In this document: piece after piece, positions 50,194 to 60,963 of the stretch | How the letters are laid out: each line of letters opens with the position of its first letter | How positions within the stretch are numbered: position 1 is the first letter of the stretch | Assembly (NCBI GenBank): GCA_964590195.1 | Contig: CAZPWJ010000015.1 | Coordinates: 4,494 to 68,493 of the forward strand | Direction: 5' to 3' | DNA: 64,000 nucleotides | DNA from: an uncultured Rhodospirillaceae bacterium | Lineage (GTDB): Bacteria > Pseudomonadota > Alphaproteobacteria > GCA-2731375 | Notes under the pieces: generated by a model | The model's database searches: none | Told to the model about the DNA's origin: nothing | The model's input: the letters and a program-made list of their open reading frames with translations, nothing else | Program-made: the position numbers and the translations under genes

Positions 50194-51420
50194 ATGATTC
50201 GTATTAGCCAGTATATGCGCGAAATCAACTCGCCCACGCCGCTGCCGGCACCCGGCGCGCCAAGGCGCGGGCCGTCCGGGCCGGTGGTGATCTGGAATTT
50301 GATCCGGCGCTGCAATCTGAACTGCAAGCATTGCTATTCGATCTCCGCCGATACGGACTTCGCGGGCGAATTGAGCACGGACGAAATTTTCACCGTGATG
50401 ACGGACCTGCGCGGCTTTGGCGTGCCGGTGCTGATCCTCTCGGGCGGCGAGCCGCTGTTGCGCCCGGACATTTTTGAAATTTCGGCTAAGGCCAAGGAGA
50501 TGGGATTCTACGTCGGCCTGTCGTCGAACGGCACCCTGATCAACGGCGAAAATATCGAGGCCATAAAGGATGCCGACTACAACTACGTGGGCGTCTCCCT
50601 AGACGGTATCGGCGCCACCCACGATGCCTTCCGCCGCAAGGAGGGCGCCTATGATACGTCCCTGGCCGGCGTGCGGCTGTGTCTAGAGGCCGGGATCAAG
50701 GTCGGTCTGCGCTTTACCATGACCATGGATAATGCCCATCAGTTGCCCAATATGCTGTCCCTGGTCGAGGCGGAAAATATCGATAAGTTCTATCTTTCGC
50801 ACCTGAATTACGCCGGGCGGGGCAACCGCAACCGGGCCGACGATGCCCAGCACGCCAACACCCGCCAGGCCATGGACCTGATGTTCGATACCGCCTGGGA
50901 TCATGTTCAGCGCGGACTGGATACGGAATTCGTCTCCGGCAACAACGATGCCGACGGGGTTTATCTGCTGTTCTGGCTGCAAAAACGCTTCCCCGACCGG
51001 CCCGAACTGCTGGCCCATATGCGCGCCAAGCTGGCCCTGTGGGGCGGCAATTCCTCCGGCGTCAACGTTGCCAATATCGACAATCTGGGCAATGTGCATC
51101 CCGATACCATGTGGTGGCATTACGATTTGGGCAATGTCCGCGAACGGCCATTTTCCGAGATCTGGGTCGATACCTCCGATCCCATCATGGCCGGCTTGAA
51201 ACAGAGCCCGCGCCAGGTCAAGGGCCGTTGCGGGGCCTGCCAGTATTTCGATATCTGCGCCGGCAACACCCGTGTGCGCGCCCTGCAACTGACCGGCGAT
51301 GCCTGGGCCGAGGACCCTGCATGTTACCTGAACGATCAGGAAATCGGTATCGAGGACGGCGGCGAACGCCTGACCGTGACGCCCTATACGCGGGAGAGCC
51401 AACGTGCGCTGGGTCTTTAG
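50194..51420 (+). CDS. nirJ: radical SAM heme d1 biosynthesis protein NirJ
   Basis: CNLNCKHC (CxxxCxxC) radical-SAM motif plus a C-terminal SPASM-like Cys cluster (CGACQYFDICAGNTRVRA). Confidence 0.9.
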   Translation: MIRISQYMREINSPTPLPAPGAPRRGPSGPVVIWNLIRRCNLNCKHCYSISADTDFAGELSTDEIFTVMTDLRGFGVPVLILSGGEPLLRPDIFEISAKAKEMGFYVGLSSNGTLINGENIEAIKDADYNYVGVSLDGIGATHDAFRRKEGAYDTSLAGVRLCLEAGIKVGLRFTMTMDNAHQLPNMLSLVEAENIDKFYLSHLNYAGRGNRNRADDAQHANTRQAMDLMFDTAWDHVQRGLDTEFVSGNNDADGVYLLFWLQKRFPDRPELLAHMRAKLALWGGNSSGVNVANIDNLGNVHPDTMWWHYDLGNVRERPFSEIWVDTSDPIMAGLKQSPRQVKGRCGACQYFDICAGNTRVRALQLTGDAWAEDPACYLNDQEIGIEDGGERLTVTPYTRESQRALGL

Positions 51421-52990
51421 TTTAGTCGTACTGCTAGGTCTCGCTTCGACGCCGGCCCTGGCCAGTCAGGCCAAACCTGGCGAGGCCGCCGCCAACGCGA
51501 GCGCGTTGTACGCCGAACATTGCGCGGCCTGTCATGGCGCCGACCGCCTGGGACAAAGCGGGCCGGCCCTGCTGCCGCAGAACCTGCGCCGGCTGCGCCA
51601 GGCCAAGGCGGTCAAGGTCATCAACAAGGGCCGCATCGCCACCCAGATGCCTGGTTTCAGCGAGGTTTTGCAGGCGGACGAAATCGCCGCCCTGGTGAAG
51701 CTGATCTATACCCCCCTGAGCACGCGGCCCGTATGGGGCAAGGCCGAGATCCAGGCCAGTCGGGTGGTCGAGAAAGATGCCCTGAACCTGCCGAACAAAC
51801 CGGTCTTCAATGCCGATCCGCTGAACCTGTTCGTGGTGGTGGAAACCGGCGATCACCACGCGAGTATCCTGGATGGCGACAGTTTCGAAAGGCTGCATCG
51901 TTTCCCAACCCGCTTTGCCCTGCATGGTGGGCCGAAATTTTCGCCGAAAGGCCGTTTTGTCTATTTCGGCTCCCGCGATGGCTGGGTCTCCAAGTATGAT
52001 TTGTATAATTTCAGGCTGGTGGCCGAGGTCCGCGCCGGCATAAATATGCGCAACATCGCCATTTCCGCCGACGGCAAGTATCTGGCGGCGGCGAATTATC
52101 TGCCCCATTCCATTGCGCTGTTGGACGCCCACGACCTGTCATTGCTGAAACTGATTCCGGTGGTGGACTATTTCAAGAAGAAAACCTCGCGGGTTTCCGC
52201 CGTCTATCAGGCCCGCCCGCGCAATTCCTTTATCGCCGCCCTCAAGGATGTGCCGGAAATCTGGGAAATCTCGACCGACCCCAACGCCCCGCCGGTGGTC
52301 ACCGGCCTGGCGCACAGCAACGAACAGGGCCACGAGGAGACTTTGACGAACAACAACAAGGGCCTGTTCGCCCTGCGCCGGATGCTGATCAAGGAACCCC
52401 TGGACGACTTTTTCTTTGATCCGCCCTACCGCAACCTGATCGGCTCCTCACGGGACGGCAAGCATGGCATTGTCGTCAATCTGAATGTGGGCAAGGAAAT
52501 CCGCAGCGTCGGCCTGCCGGGCCTGCCGCATCTCGGCTCGGGCATCACCTGGGAATGGCAGGGCCGGCCGGTTATGGCGACGCCGCATCTACGCGGCGGC
52601 CAGGTCTCCGTGATCGACATGGAGGAATGGAAGGTCATTAAAAGCATCAAGACCAAGGGACCGGGATTCTTCATGCGCGGCCATGAAAACAGCCCCTACG
52701 CCTGGGTCGATGTTTTTTTTGGCCCAAACCGGGATCTGATGCATGTCTTCGACACGCGTAGCCTGGAGATCATCAAGACCCTGCGGCCGGCGCCGGGCAA
52801 AACCGCCGCCCATGTGGAGTTTACCCGCGACGGCTCCCACGCCCTGGTTTCGATCTGGGACATGGACGGCGCCCTGGTGGTCTATGACGCCAAGACCCTG
52901 GAGGAAGTGAAGCGTATCCCGATGGTCAAACCGTCCGGTAAATACAATGTCTTCAACAAGATTACCCTGTCCGCCGGCACCTCCCATTAG
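51404..52990 (+). CDS. nirN: cytochrome cd1-like dihydro-heme d1 dehydrogenase NirN
   Basis: Signal peptide, one heme c motif (CAACHG), then a d1-type beta-propeller ending KPSGKYNVFNKITLSAGTSH. GTG 51404 overlaps the nirJ stop. Confidence 0.85.
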   Translation: MRWVFSLVVLLGLASTPALASQAKPGEAAANASALYAEHCAACHGADRLGQSGPALLPQNLRRLRQAKAVKVINKGRIATQMPGFSEVLQADEIAALVKLIYTPLSTRPVWGKAEIQASRVVEKDALNLPNKPVFNADPLNLFVVVETGDHHASILDGDSFERLHRFPTRFALHGGPKFSPKGRFVYFGSRDGWVSKYDLYNFRLVAEVRAGINMRNIAISADGKYLAAANYLPHSIALLDAHDLSLLKLIPVVDYFKKKTSRVSAVYQARPRNSFIAALKDVPEIWEISTDPNAPPVVTGLAHSNEQGHEETLTNNNKGLFALRRMLIKEPLDDFFFDPPYRNLIGSSRDGKHGIVVNLNVGKEIRSVGLPGLPHLGSGITWEWQGRPVMATPHLRGGQVSVIDMEEWKVIKSIKTKGPGFFMRGHENSPYAWVDVFFGPNRDLMHVFDTRSLEIIKTLRPAPGKTAAHVEFTRDGSHALVSIWDMDGALVVYDAKTLEEVKRIPMVKPSGKYNVFNKITLSAGTSH

Positions 52991-53732
52991 GCATCGGCAT
53001 GGGAAGAACGGCAGCCTGCTGATCGTGGTCGGCCACGGTACGGGCACGGCGGCCGGTGATGCCACGCTGCACGCCCTGGCCGCTGATCTTGGGGCGCGGG
53101 AGGGCTTTGCCCGGGTCAGGGCCGCCGTGTTGCGCGGCACGCCCGCGCTCGGGGATGTTCTGAGCCAGCTCGACACCGGGCCGGGCGCTCAATTGCCTTG
53201 CCTGCTGCCATTCATGATGAGTGACGGTGTGACCTTCCGTCAGGGCCTGATGGAGGCCATGGCCCATATTCCAGGCCCGCGAAGGCCGCTCTTGTATCCC
53301 CCCCTGGGACTGAACCCAGGACTGGCCGAATTGATCGCCAGGCGGGGCGAAAAGGCGGCCAGGGCGGCGTCCTGGAAAGCGGCGGATTGCCGGCTGCTAT
53401 TGATTGCCCATGGCTCGCTACAGGATCCGGCCTCGGCCCAGGCCGCGCGGGCACATCAGGAACGCATCGCCGCCCAACATGGATTTGCCACCGTCGAAGT
53501 GGCGTTTTTGGATCAACCGCCGCATTTGGACGAGGTTCTGGCACGGAATGGCGGCCCGGTGCTTGGCGTCGGCCTATTTGCGGGCGAAGGCCGTCATGGC
53601 GCCGAGGATATGAAAAAGGCTTTTGCCCTGGCCGCCTGTCCGGCCCGTTATTGCGGCACCATTGGCGGCGATCAAGGCCTCGCCGCCCTGGCCGTCGAGC
53701 ACCTGAAAACCGAGCCCCAAACAAGCCTGTAG
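52947..53732 (+). CDS. CbiX/SirB-type two-domain chelatase (putative sirohydrochlorin ferrochelatase for the siroheme-to-heme d1 route)
   Basis: Two CbiX-like halves (LLIVVGHGTGTAAGD / LLLIAHGSLQDPASAQAA). The only in-frame ATG is at 52947, overlapping nirN by 44 nt. Confidence 0.6.
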   Translation: MSSTRLPCPPAPPIRHRHGKNGSLLIVVGHGTGTAAGDATLHALAADLGAREGFARVRAAVLRGTPALGDVLSQLDTGPGAQLPCLLPFMMSDGVTFRQGLMEAMAHIPGPRRPLLYPPLGLNPGLAELIARRGEKAARAASWKAADCRLLLIAHGSLQDPASAQAARAHQERIAAQHGFATVEVAFLDQPPHLDEVLARNGGPVLGVGLFAGEGRHGAEDMKKAFALAACPARYCGTIGGDQGLAALAVEHLKTEPQTSL

Positions 53733-53768
53733 CCCGACCTGCGTTAGCTCCGCGGACCGTCCAGATCT

Positions 53769-53782
53769 TTGACGCGGGTCAA
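53769..53782 (+). promoter_or_regulatory. FNR/Dnr/NnrR-type box TTGAC-GCGG-GTCAA
   Basis: Perfect inverted repeat TTGACgcggGTCAA, about 60 bp upstream of the hemerythrin-like gene start. Confidence 0.5.
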
Positions 53783-53835
53783 GGCGGCAATTCGCACTTA
53801 AGAATAGGTTTACATTCGAAGCAGGAGTTGGCGGA

Positions 53836-54429
53836 TTGGCTAGAAATTTAAAAAACGAGAAGCCGCGCAAGCGGGAACCTCTGGTCCTGGAGCTGATTCC
53901 GGAGAACCTGTTGCGCGAGCCTATCGAGTATATTTTTGCCGATCACTACCGTATGCGCCAGATCATCGCCACCATGGACAGGTTTCTCGTCGATGGCGTC
54001 TATGCCCAGCCGCCGACAAACGACGGTCTGATCGCCGACATGACGGTTATCGAGGCCTATTTGCGTAACGAGCTGCCGCCGCATATCGCCGACGAGGAAG
54101 AAGATCTGTTCCCCTGTCTGGAGCGGCGCAGTCAAGGCGACAACGAGACAAAACAGATCCTGGCCACCCTGCATCAGGAGCATGAGGAAGACTTTGCCTT
54201 GCTGCCGCCGCTTATTGACGGCCATTCGGATTTGTTGGCCGGCCGGCCGGTGGCCGAACGGGAGCTGTTTGAAACCTCCGTCGTCCGCTTCGTGGAAACC
54301 CAGCGGCGCCACGTTATCTGGGAGAATAATATTGTTCTGCCCCTGGCCCGGCGACGGCTCAGCGCCGAGGATATGGAAAAAATCGGCCGTGACATGGCGG
54401 CCCGCCGGGGTCTTGAATACCCGGCCTAA
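53836..54429 (+). CDS. hemerythrin HHE cation-binding domain protein (DnrN/NorA-like candidate)
   Basis: ADHYRMRQ, LHQEHEEDF and RRHVIWENNIVLP motifs (H/E-x-x-x-E pairs) of hemerythrin-like di-iron proteins; 197 aa. Confidence 0.55.
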   Translation: MARNLKNEKPRKREPLVLELIPENLLREPIEYIFADHYRMRQIIATMDRFLVDGVYAQPPTNDGLIADMTVIEAYLRNELPPHIADEEEDLFPCLERRSQGDNETKQILATLHQEHEEDFALLPPLIDGHSDLLAGRPVAERELFETSVVRFVETQRRHVIWENNIVLPLARRRLSAEDMEKIGRDMAARRGLEYPA

Positions 54430-54467
54430 TAGTTCGTTTACGGACGCAATGCTATATAATTGCAGTA

Positions 54468-56402
54468 ATGAATCAGCCCCTTCCTGAAAATGGCGCGACC
54501 AAAGGTGTAATCGGCCGATTCCTTCGGCTGTTTGTGCCTGTTGCCGTTATCTGTGTTGGCGGGGCGATTGTCCTGTTTCGCTCGGAACTGGATACCGACC
54601 TGACAAAAATCCGCGCCTCGGAAACCATGTCCGTGCAACTGGGCGTCAGCTCCATTAGCCGCGCGGTGCAAACAATAACCAGGGATACAGCCTATCTGGC
54701 GGCCCAGGGACGATTGCTGGACGAGCTGTCGAATTCACGGGTAGAGGCCGATGGCTATCTTGCCGCGGACTGGCTGACTTTTTCCCGGACCAGAGGAATC
54801 TATGATCAAATCCGCCTGCTTGATGCGACTGGCCAGGAACGTGAGCGGGTAAATTTTAATGGCGGATATCCCGCTAGCGTCGCAAAAGAGAAACTGCAGA
54901 ATAAAGGCAAGCGCTACTATTTTACCGATACGATCAAGCTGGGCCGAGGCGAGTTTTTTATCTCGCCGCTTGATCTAAACATCGAAGGCGGCAGGGTGGA
55001 GACACCGATCAAGCCAACGATACGTATTGGCACCCCTGTTTTTGACAGACGGGGACGGAAGAGCGGCATCGTCCTGCTGAACTATTATGGCGACAGAATG
55101 CTCGGCGAATTTGGCCGCACCATGGGCGCGAATAAGGCCAGGGCCTGGCTGCTGAATAATCAGGGATTCTGGCTGAAGGGGCCGTCTGATGATCTGGAAT
55201 GGGGTTTCATGCACCAGCGGCCGGATGCATCCATGGCGCATCGCTATCCGGACGCATGGCAACGGATACTTGCGGCCGATCAAGGGCAGTTCGAGAATGA
55301 GCAGGGCCTTTGGACCTTCGCCACCGCCGTTCCACTGATTGAGGGGCAAAAGACCTCTTCCGGCACCCACGAAGCCTTTGCCCCCAGCAGATCGGAGTTG
55401 GAAAGCCGCGACTATTTCTGGAAGGCGGTGCTCTTGCTGCCACGGGAGGCCTATCGCGGCAGCATGTGGCAGACCGGCGTCAATATATTGGCGGCGGCGG
55501 CCATTCTGCTTGCCGGCCTGTTCATCGGCTGCTGGCGCCTGGCCAGCGCCTGGGTCCGCCAGGAGCAGGCCGAGGCGGAGGTGCGCCGGATCAACCAGGG
55601 CCTGGAAGTCATGGTGGACGCGCGGACGGAGGAACTGAGGACAAAGAACGATGAGCTGGAAAGCCTGATCTATGTGGTTTCCCATGACCTTCGCGCGCCC
55701 ATCCTCAAGTTCCAGGAATTCAGCGCCTTGTTCGAAAAGCTGGTCCGCAACGTCGAGGAGCGCCTGAAGACAGACGAGCCATCGGTCCAGGAACTGGAAA
55801 CGATCGCCGCGCAGCTCGGCGGACAGATCCCGGCATCACTGACGACGATGCTCGAAAATACTGACCGGATGTATCCGCTGGTCAATGGTTTGCACCATAT
55901 CTCGCGTGCCAATCGAGCCATCCTCGACATTCAGCCCTTGGACATGAACGCCATGCTGTCGAAAATCGCCGCGGAGCTGGACGCCGAGCTAAGGGCTACG
56001 GGCGGTACGATTGAAATTGCCGATCTGCCCGATTGCATGGGCGATGCGGCGCATCTGGAGATGGTTTTCACCAACCTTCTCGGCAATGCCATTAAATACC
56101 GCCATCCCGATCGTCCCCCCGCCGTGCGGATCTCAGGCGAGATGACGGACGGCCGCGCGGTCTACGAGGTCTCCGACAATGGGGTGGGTTTCGCCGCCGA
56201 GCATTGCCAGCATGTCTGGGATCTGTTTTACCGCCGGGTGCTGATGGGCGAAACGGAAGGCCAGGGCCTTGATCTGACCCTGGTCCGGCGCATCGTGGAG
56301 CGCCATCACGGACGCATATCCCTGGAATCCGAGGAAGGCGTCGGCAGCCGGTTTCTGGTCGCCCTGCCCCCCGCGGCACAAGGCGAAACGGTTACAGAAT
56401 AA
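54468..56402 (+). CDS. sensor histidine kinase with periplasmic sensor domain (no cognate response regulator adjacent)
   Basis: TM1, a roughly 280-aa periplasmic domain, TM2, a coiled coil, HisKA ([10 protein letters not shown]) and HATPase_c (N-box [10 protein letters not shown]-boxes DNGVGF / GQGLDLTL). Confidence 0.8.
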   Translation: MNQPLPENGATKGVIGRFLRLFVPVAVICVGGAIVLFRSELDTDLTKIRASETMSVQLGVSSISRAVQTITRDTAYLAAQGRLLDELSNSRVEADGYLAADWLTFSRTRGIYDQIRLLDATGQERERVNFNGGYPASVAKEKLQNKGKRYYFTDTIKLGRGEFFISPLDLNIEGGRVETPIKPTIRIGTPVFDRRGRKSGIVLLNYYGDRMLGEFGRTMGANKARAWLLNNQGFWLKGPSDDLEWGFMHQRPDASMAHRYPDAWQRILAADQGQFENEQGLWTFATAVPLIEGQKTSSGTHEAFAPSRSELESRDYFWKAVLLLPREAYRGSMWQTGVNILAAAAILLAGLFIGCWRLASAWVRQEQAEAEVRRINQGLEVMVDARTEELRTKNDELESLIYVVSHDLRAPILKFQEFSALFEKLVRNVEERLKTDEPSVQELETIAAQLGGQIPASLTTMLENTDRMYPLVNGLHHISRANRAILDIQPLDMNAMLSKIAAELDAELRATGGTIEIADLPDCMGDAAHLEMVFTNLLGNAIKYRHPDRPPAVRISGEMTDGRAVYEVSDNGVGFAAEHCQHVWDLFYRRVLMGETEGQGLDLTLVRRIVERHHGRISLESEEGVGSRFLVALPPAAQGETVTE

Positions 56403-57705
56403 ACTTCGACAGATCAGCGTTTTTAGCCAAATCGCCCATGTTGTCGCGCACGTATGCGGCATCAATGGTCACGGTTTCGCCGGGCCGATCCGTGGCGGTA
56501 AAGCTGATTTCGTCCAGCACGCGCTCCAAAATCGTATGCAGACGCCTGGCGCCGATATTCTCCACGTTCTGGTTGACCTCCGCCGCAACGGCGGCGATTT
56601 CGTCGATGGCGTCATCGGCGAATTCCAGGGTCACGCCCTCGGTATCCATCAGGGCGACATACTGCTTGATCAACGAAGCTTCCGGTTCCAGCAGGATGCG
56701 CTTGAAGTCATCCGCGCCCAGGGCCGACAGCTCCACCCGAATGGGCAGGCGGCCCTGTAACTCGGGCAACAGGTCCGACGGCTTGGCCAGATGGAAGGCG
56801 CCCGAGGCGATGAACAGGACATGGTCGGTCTTGATGGCGCCATACTTAGTGGACACGGTGGTGCCTTCCAACAGGGGCAACAGATCCCGCTGCACTCCCT
56901 CGCGGCTGACATCGCCGCCCGAGCGTTCCGAGCGCGCGGTAACCTTGTCAATCTCGTCCAGGAAGACGATGCCGTTTTCCTCCACTGCCTGCAAGGCATC
57001 GCGGACCAGGGCCTCTTCATCCAACAGCTTATCGGATTCCTCCGCCACCAGGACGTCATAGGATTCCGCCACCGTCAGACGCCGGCGCTTGGTGCGTTCG
57101 CCGCCCAGGGCCTTGCCCAGCATATCGTTCAGATTCAGCATGCCCATCTGGGCCCCGGGCATGCCCGGCACCTCGAACGTGGGCAAGCCGCCACCGCCGG
57201 TGTCGGCCAGGTCAAGTTCGACCTCTTTTTCCGCCAGCTCGCCTTCGCGCAGTTTCTTGCGAAAGGCATCGCGCGTGGACTCGGATGCGGTATCGCCCAC
57301 CAGGGCATCAAGCACGCGTTCTTCCGCTGCCAACTCGGCCTTGGCCTGAACGGTTTCACGGCGTTTATCGCGCATCATGGTCAGGGCGATTTCCACCAGA
57401 TCGCGGACGATCTGTTCCACATCCCGGCCCACATAGCCGACTTCGGTGAACTTCGTGGCTTCAACCTTGACGAACGGCGCGCCGGCCAGCCGCGCCAGAC
57501 GGCGGGCAATCTCGGTCTTGCCGACGCCGGTGGGGCCGATCATCAGAATATTCTTCGGCATTACCTCTTCGCGCATATTGCCTTCCAGCTGCATCCGCCG
57601 CCAGCGGTTGCGCAGGGCGATGGCAACGGCGCGTTTGGCATCGTTCTGGCCGACGATAAAACGGTCGAGTTCGGAAACTATTTCCCGAGGGCTGAATTCT
57701 GTCAT
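56392..57705 (-). CDS. hslU: ATP-dependent protease ATPase subunit HslU
   Basis: [37 protein letters not shown]... with the P-loop [18 protein letters not shown] at 57705 (the ORF track extends to 57993 through hslV in another frame). Confidence 0.9.
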   Translation of the reverse strand: MTEFSPREIVSELDRFIVGQNDAKRAVAIALRNRWRRMQLEGNMREEVMPKNILMIGPTGVGKTEIARRLARLAGAPFVKVEATKFTEVGYVGRDVEQIVRDLVEIALTMMRDKRRETVQAKAELAAEERVLDALVGDTASESTRDAFRKKLREGELAEKEVELDLADTGGGGLPTFEVPGMPGAQMGMLNLNDMLGKALGGERTKRRRLTVAESYDVLVAEESDKLLDEEALVRDALQAVEENGIVFLDEIDKVTARSERSGGDVSREGVQRDLLPLLEGTTVSTKYGAIKTDHVLFIASGAFHLAKPSDLLPELQGRLPIRVELSALGADDFKRILLEPEASLIKQYVALMDTEGVTLEFADDAIDEIAAVAAEVNQNVENIGARRLHTILERVLDEISFTATDRPGETVTIDAAYVRDNMGDLAKNADLSKFIL

Positions 57706-58271
57706 GTGTCGCTTTCGGGACTTAGGGATTCCACGGTAACATTTTCGTTGGTGTAAACGCAGATGCCGGCGGCAATCTGCATGGCGCGGCGGGCAATGTC
57801 CTCCGACCCCATGTCGTCCCGGTCGATCAGGGCGCGGGCCGCCGCCAGGGCGTAGGAGCCGCCCGAGCCGATACCGATCAGGCCGTCCTCGGGTTCCAGC
57901 ACGTCGCCGGTACCGGTCAGGACCAGCGAGGTATCCACATCCGCCACCGCCATCATCGCCTCCAGACGGCGCAGATAACGGTCGGTGCGCCAATCCTTGG
58001 CCATTTCCACCGCCGCCCGGGTCAGGTTGCCGGGATGCTGTTCCAGCTTGCCCTCCAGGCGCTCGAACAAGGTAAAGGCGTCCGCCGTGGCGCCGGCGAA
58101 ACCGGCGACGATCTTGCCCCCCGTGCCCAGGCGCCGCACCTTGCGGGCATTGGCCTTGATCACGGTCTGGCCCAGGCTGACCTGGCCGTCGCCGGCCATG
58201 ACCACCGTATCACCCTTGCGGACGCACAAAATCGTCGTGCCGTACCAGGTTTCGCTGTTCGTATGATCCAC
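57702..58271 (-). CDS. hslV: ATP-dependent protease subunit HslV
   Basis: 189 aa; the N-terminal Thr active site follows [21 protein letters not shown]; overlaps hslU by 4 bp. Confidence 0.9.
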   Translation of the reverse strand: MDHTNSETWYGTTILCVRKGDTVVMAGDGQVSLGQTVIKANARKVRRLGTGGKIVAGFAGATADAFTLFERLEGKLEQHPGNLTRAAVEMAKDWRTDRYLRRLEAMMAVADVDTSLVLTGTGDVLEPEDGLIGIGSGGSYALAAARALIDRDDMGSEDIARRAMQIAAGICVYTNENVTVESLSPESDT

Positions 58272-58466
58272 GTGTTCAGTATCCTTTGTGTCAGGCCCTT
58301 CATGTATGGCGAAACGCCGATCTATTCAAGCTTCGCGAATTCCAGGCGCGAAGCAATCAAGGTTAACGAACGGCGCACTGGCGATTGCCGCGCCGGGCTG
58401 TTATACCGCGCGGTATATACAGAGCAGTCGGGAAATGACTTCCGGCGGCAGTAAGGAGCAGAGGCC

Positions 58467-59066
58467 ATGCGCCAGGCCAAGGTGGAACGCAATACCAAGG
58501 AAACCCAGATCACCGTCGAGGTGAACCTGGACGGTACGGGCAGCTATGACGTGCAGACCGGATTGGGCTTTCTTGATCATATGCTGGAGCAGCTGTCGCG
58601 CCACAGCCTGATCGACCTGACGGTCCGGGCTGACGGCGATTTGCACATTGACGGCCACCACACCACCGAGGATACCGGCCTGGCCATTGGTGAGGCGATC
58701 CGCCAGGCCTTGGGCGAGCGTACGGGCATTGTCCGCTATGGCAACGCCGTGGTGCCCATGGACGAGACCCTGACCCGGGTGGCGCTCGATCTGTCGGACC
58801 GGCCCTATTTGATCTGGAAGGTTGCCTTCAATCGTCCGAAACTGGGCGATATGGACACGGAACTGTTCCGCGAATGGTTTCAGGCCATCAGCCAGGCCGC
58901 CGGCATCACCCTGCATGTGGAAGTGCTGTATGGCGAGAACAATCACCACATGATCGAAAGCTGCTTCAAGGCCCTGGCCCGCAGCCTGCGCCAGGCGGTG
59001 GAGATCGACCCTCGCCGGGCCGATGCCGTGCCCTCGACCAAGGGCGTCCTGGGCGGCAGCCTTTAA
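58467..59066 (+). CDS. hisB: imidazoleglycerol-phosphate dehydratase
   Basis: RNTKETQI ... HHTTEDTG ... motifs; AAGGAG RBS 8 nt upstream. Confidence 0.9.
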   Translation: MRQAKVERNTKETQITVEVNLDGTGSYDVQTGLGFLDHMLEQLSRHSLIDLTVRADGDLHIDGHHTTEDTGLAIGEAIRQALGERTGIVRYGNAVVPMDETLTRVALDLSDRPYLIWKVAFNRPKLGDMDTELFREWFQAISQAAGITLHVEVLYGENNHHMIESCFKALARSLRQAVEIDPRRADAVPSTKGVLGGSL

Positions 59067-59075
59067 AGAGGGCTA

Positions 59076-59537
59076 TTGATGCGCCTCTATACGGTTCAGC
59101 ACCGGCCAGCCGGTGACAGCGCACAAGATCCGGACGTGGTCCTGATCAAGGAAGGCTTTTGCTGGCCGGCCTTGTTCGTCCCGTTTCTGTGGCTGCTGTA
59201 CCGTGGGCAATTCTGGGGCCTCGTGGCCTATCTGGGGCTGACCGCAGGATTGTCCGCCGTGGCTTATGGCGCCAGCCTGAACGAGATCGCCGTGCTGTTG
59301 CTCTCGCTGGTGCTATCCTTGCTGGTGGCCGCGCAGGCCAACGATTGGCGCCGCTGGCGCTTAAGCGCCAAGGGTTATGAACTGGTAACTGTGGTTGCCG
59401 CCGGCAGTTTGCGCCAGGCGGAGGAGATATTTTTTCACCACCGTTGGCAAAACCCCAATGCCGCGTCAACGCCGGCGCCGGTTCCTCTGCCCGCAAGCGC
59501 CCTGACCCCGTTCGCCACGCCCTTTGATCCTGTCTGA
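59076..59537 (+). CDS. DUF2628-like small membrane protein conserved between hisB and hisH in alphaproteobacteria
   Basis: 153 aa with two TM helices and a Pro/Ala-rich C-terminal tail; its position inside the his operon is typical of alphaproteobacteria. Confidence 0.55.
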   Translation: MMRLYTVQHRPAGDSAQDPDVVLIKEGFCWPALFVPFLWLLYRGQFWGLVAYLGLTAGLSAVAYGASLNEIAVLLLSLVLSLLVAAQANDWRRWRLSAKGYELVTVVAAGSLRQAEEIFFHHRWQNPNAASTPAPVPLPASALTPFATPFDPV

Positions 59538-59555
59538 TTGAGTTTGAGAACATCC

Positions 59556-60200
59556 ATGCGTATCGCAATTGTCGACTATGGCTCCGGCAATCTCCGCTCC
59601 GCCGCCAAGGCGTTCGAACGCGCCGGCGAGGATCATGACGGCGCGGTCGAGGTCGTGGTGACTTCCAGGGCCGATGTGGTCGCCGCCGCCGACCGGGTGG
59701 TGCTGCCAGGTGTGGGCGCCTTTGCCGATTGCCGGGCCGGTCTTGGCGCGGTTGATGGAATGGTCGAGGCGTTGCAGGAATTCGTCCAGCAAAGCGGCCG
59801 GCCGTTTCTGGGCATCTGCGTCGGCATGCAATTGCTGGCCGACCGCGGCCTGGAACATGGCGAGCATGCGGGCCTGGGTTGGATCGGCGGCGAGGTTAGC
59901 GCCATCGAGCCGGGCGACCGGCGCATGAAGGTGCCGCACATGGGCTGGAACGCCCTGCGCATCAAGGAAACGCCGCCAACGCTGTTCCATGGGATTGATC
60001 CGGGCGCGCATGTCTATTTCGTGCATTCCTATGGCTTCGTGCCCACGCAGCAGAGCTGCATTCTGGCCGAGGTGGATTACGGCCCGCCAATTGTTGCCGC
60101 CATTGGCCAGGACAATATCGCCGGCACGCAATTCCATCCGGAGAAGAGCCAGGCCGTGGGTCTGCGCTTCATCGCCAACTTCCTTTCCTGGTCACCCTGA
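59556..60200 (+). CDS. hisH: imidazole glycerol phosphate synthase, glutamine amidotransferase subunit
   Basis: MRIAIVDYGSGNLRS ... GICVGMQLL ... class-I GATase catalytic triad region. ATG at 59556 (the ORF-track start 59538 is TTG). Confidence 0.9.
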   Translation: MRIAIVDYGSGNLRSAAKAFERAGEDHDGAVEVVVTSRADVVAAADRVVLPGVGAFADCRAGLGAVDGMVEALQEFVQQSGRPFLGICVGMQLLADRGLEHGEHAGLGWIGGEVSAIEPGDRRMKVPHMGWNALRIKETPPTLFHGIDPGAHVYFVHSYGFVPTQQSCILAEVDYGPPIVAAIGQDNIAGTQFHPEKSQAVGLRFIANFLSWSP

Positions 60201-60226
60201 ATGGTCACCCTAATGAGACGCGTAAA

Positions 60227-60961
60227 ATGAATTTGTATCCCGCCATTGACCTGAAGGACGGCGACTGCGTGCGGTTGCTGCGTGGTGAAATGGATGCCGC
60301 GACGGTCTTCAACAATGACCCAGCCGCCCAGGCGAAATCGTTTCAGGATGCGGGCTGCCAGTGGCTGCATCTGGTGGACCTGAACGGCGCCATCGAAGGC
60401 CGGCCCGTCAACGGCGAGGCGGTGGCCGCGATCCTTGATGCCCTTTCCATCCCCGTGCAACTGGGCGGCGGCATCCGGGACGAGGCCACGGCGTTGGCCT
60501 GGCTGGAAGCCGGCATCCGCCGCGTCATCATCGGCACATTGGCGCTGCGCGAACCTGACCTGGTGGCCGACCTGTGTCGCCGCCATCCGGGCCGCGTCGC
60601 CATCGGCATTGATGGCCGGGATGGCCGCGTCGCGGTCGAAGGCTGGGTCGAACAATCGGACAGGCCGGTGATTGATCTGGCCCGCCATTTCGAAGGCGCC
60701 GGCGCCGCCGCCATTATTTACACCGACATTGACCGCGACGGCGCCATGCAGGGCCATAACGTTGCCGCGACGTCCCAATTAGCCGAGGGCATCTCCACGC
60801 CGGTCATTGCCTCCGGCGGGGTGACTAACCTGGACGATCTGCATGCCCTGCGCGCCGCCGCCGCGACAGGTATCGAAGGGGTGATCGTCGGCCGGGCGCT
60901 CTATGACGGCGCCTTTGACGTCGCCGCCGGCCTGGCGGCTTTGTCCGGCGAGGGGGCCTAG
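60227..60961 (+). CDS. hisA: 1-(5-phosphoribosyl)-5-[(5-phosphoribosylamino)methylideneamino]imidazole-4-carboxamide isomerase
   Basis: [18 protein letters not shown]-terminus and (beta/alpha)8 HisA pattern. Confidence 0.9.
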   Translation: MNLYPAIDLKDGDCVRLLRGEMDAATVFNNDPAAQAKSFQDAGCQWLHLVDLNGAIEGRPVNGEAVAAILDALSIPVQLGGGIRDEATALAWLEAGIRRVIIGTLALREPDLVADLCRRHPGRVAIGIDGRDGRVAVEGWVEQSDRPVIDLARHFEGAGAAAIIYTDIDRDGAMQGHNVAATSQLAEGISTPVIASGGVTNLDDLHALRAAAATGIEGVIVGRALYDGAFDVAAGLAALSGEGA

Positions 60962-60963
60962 GC

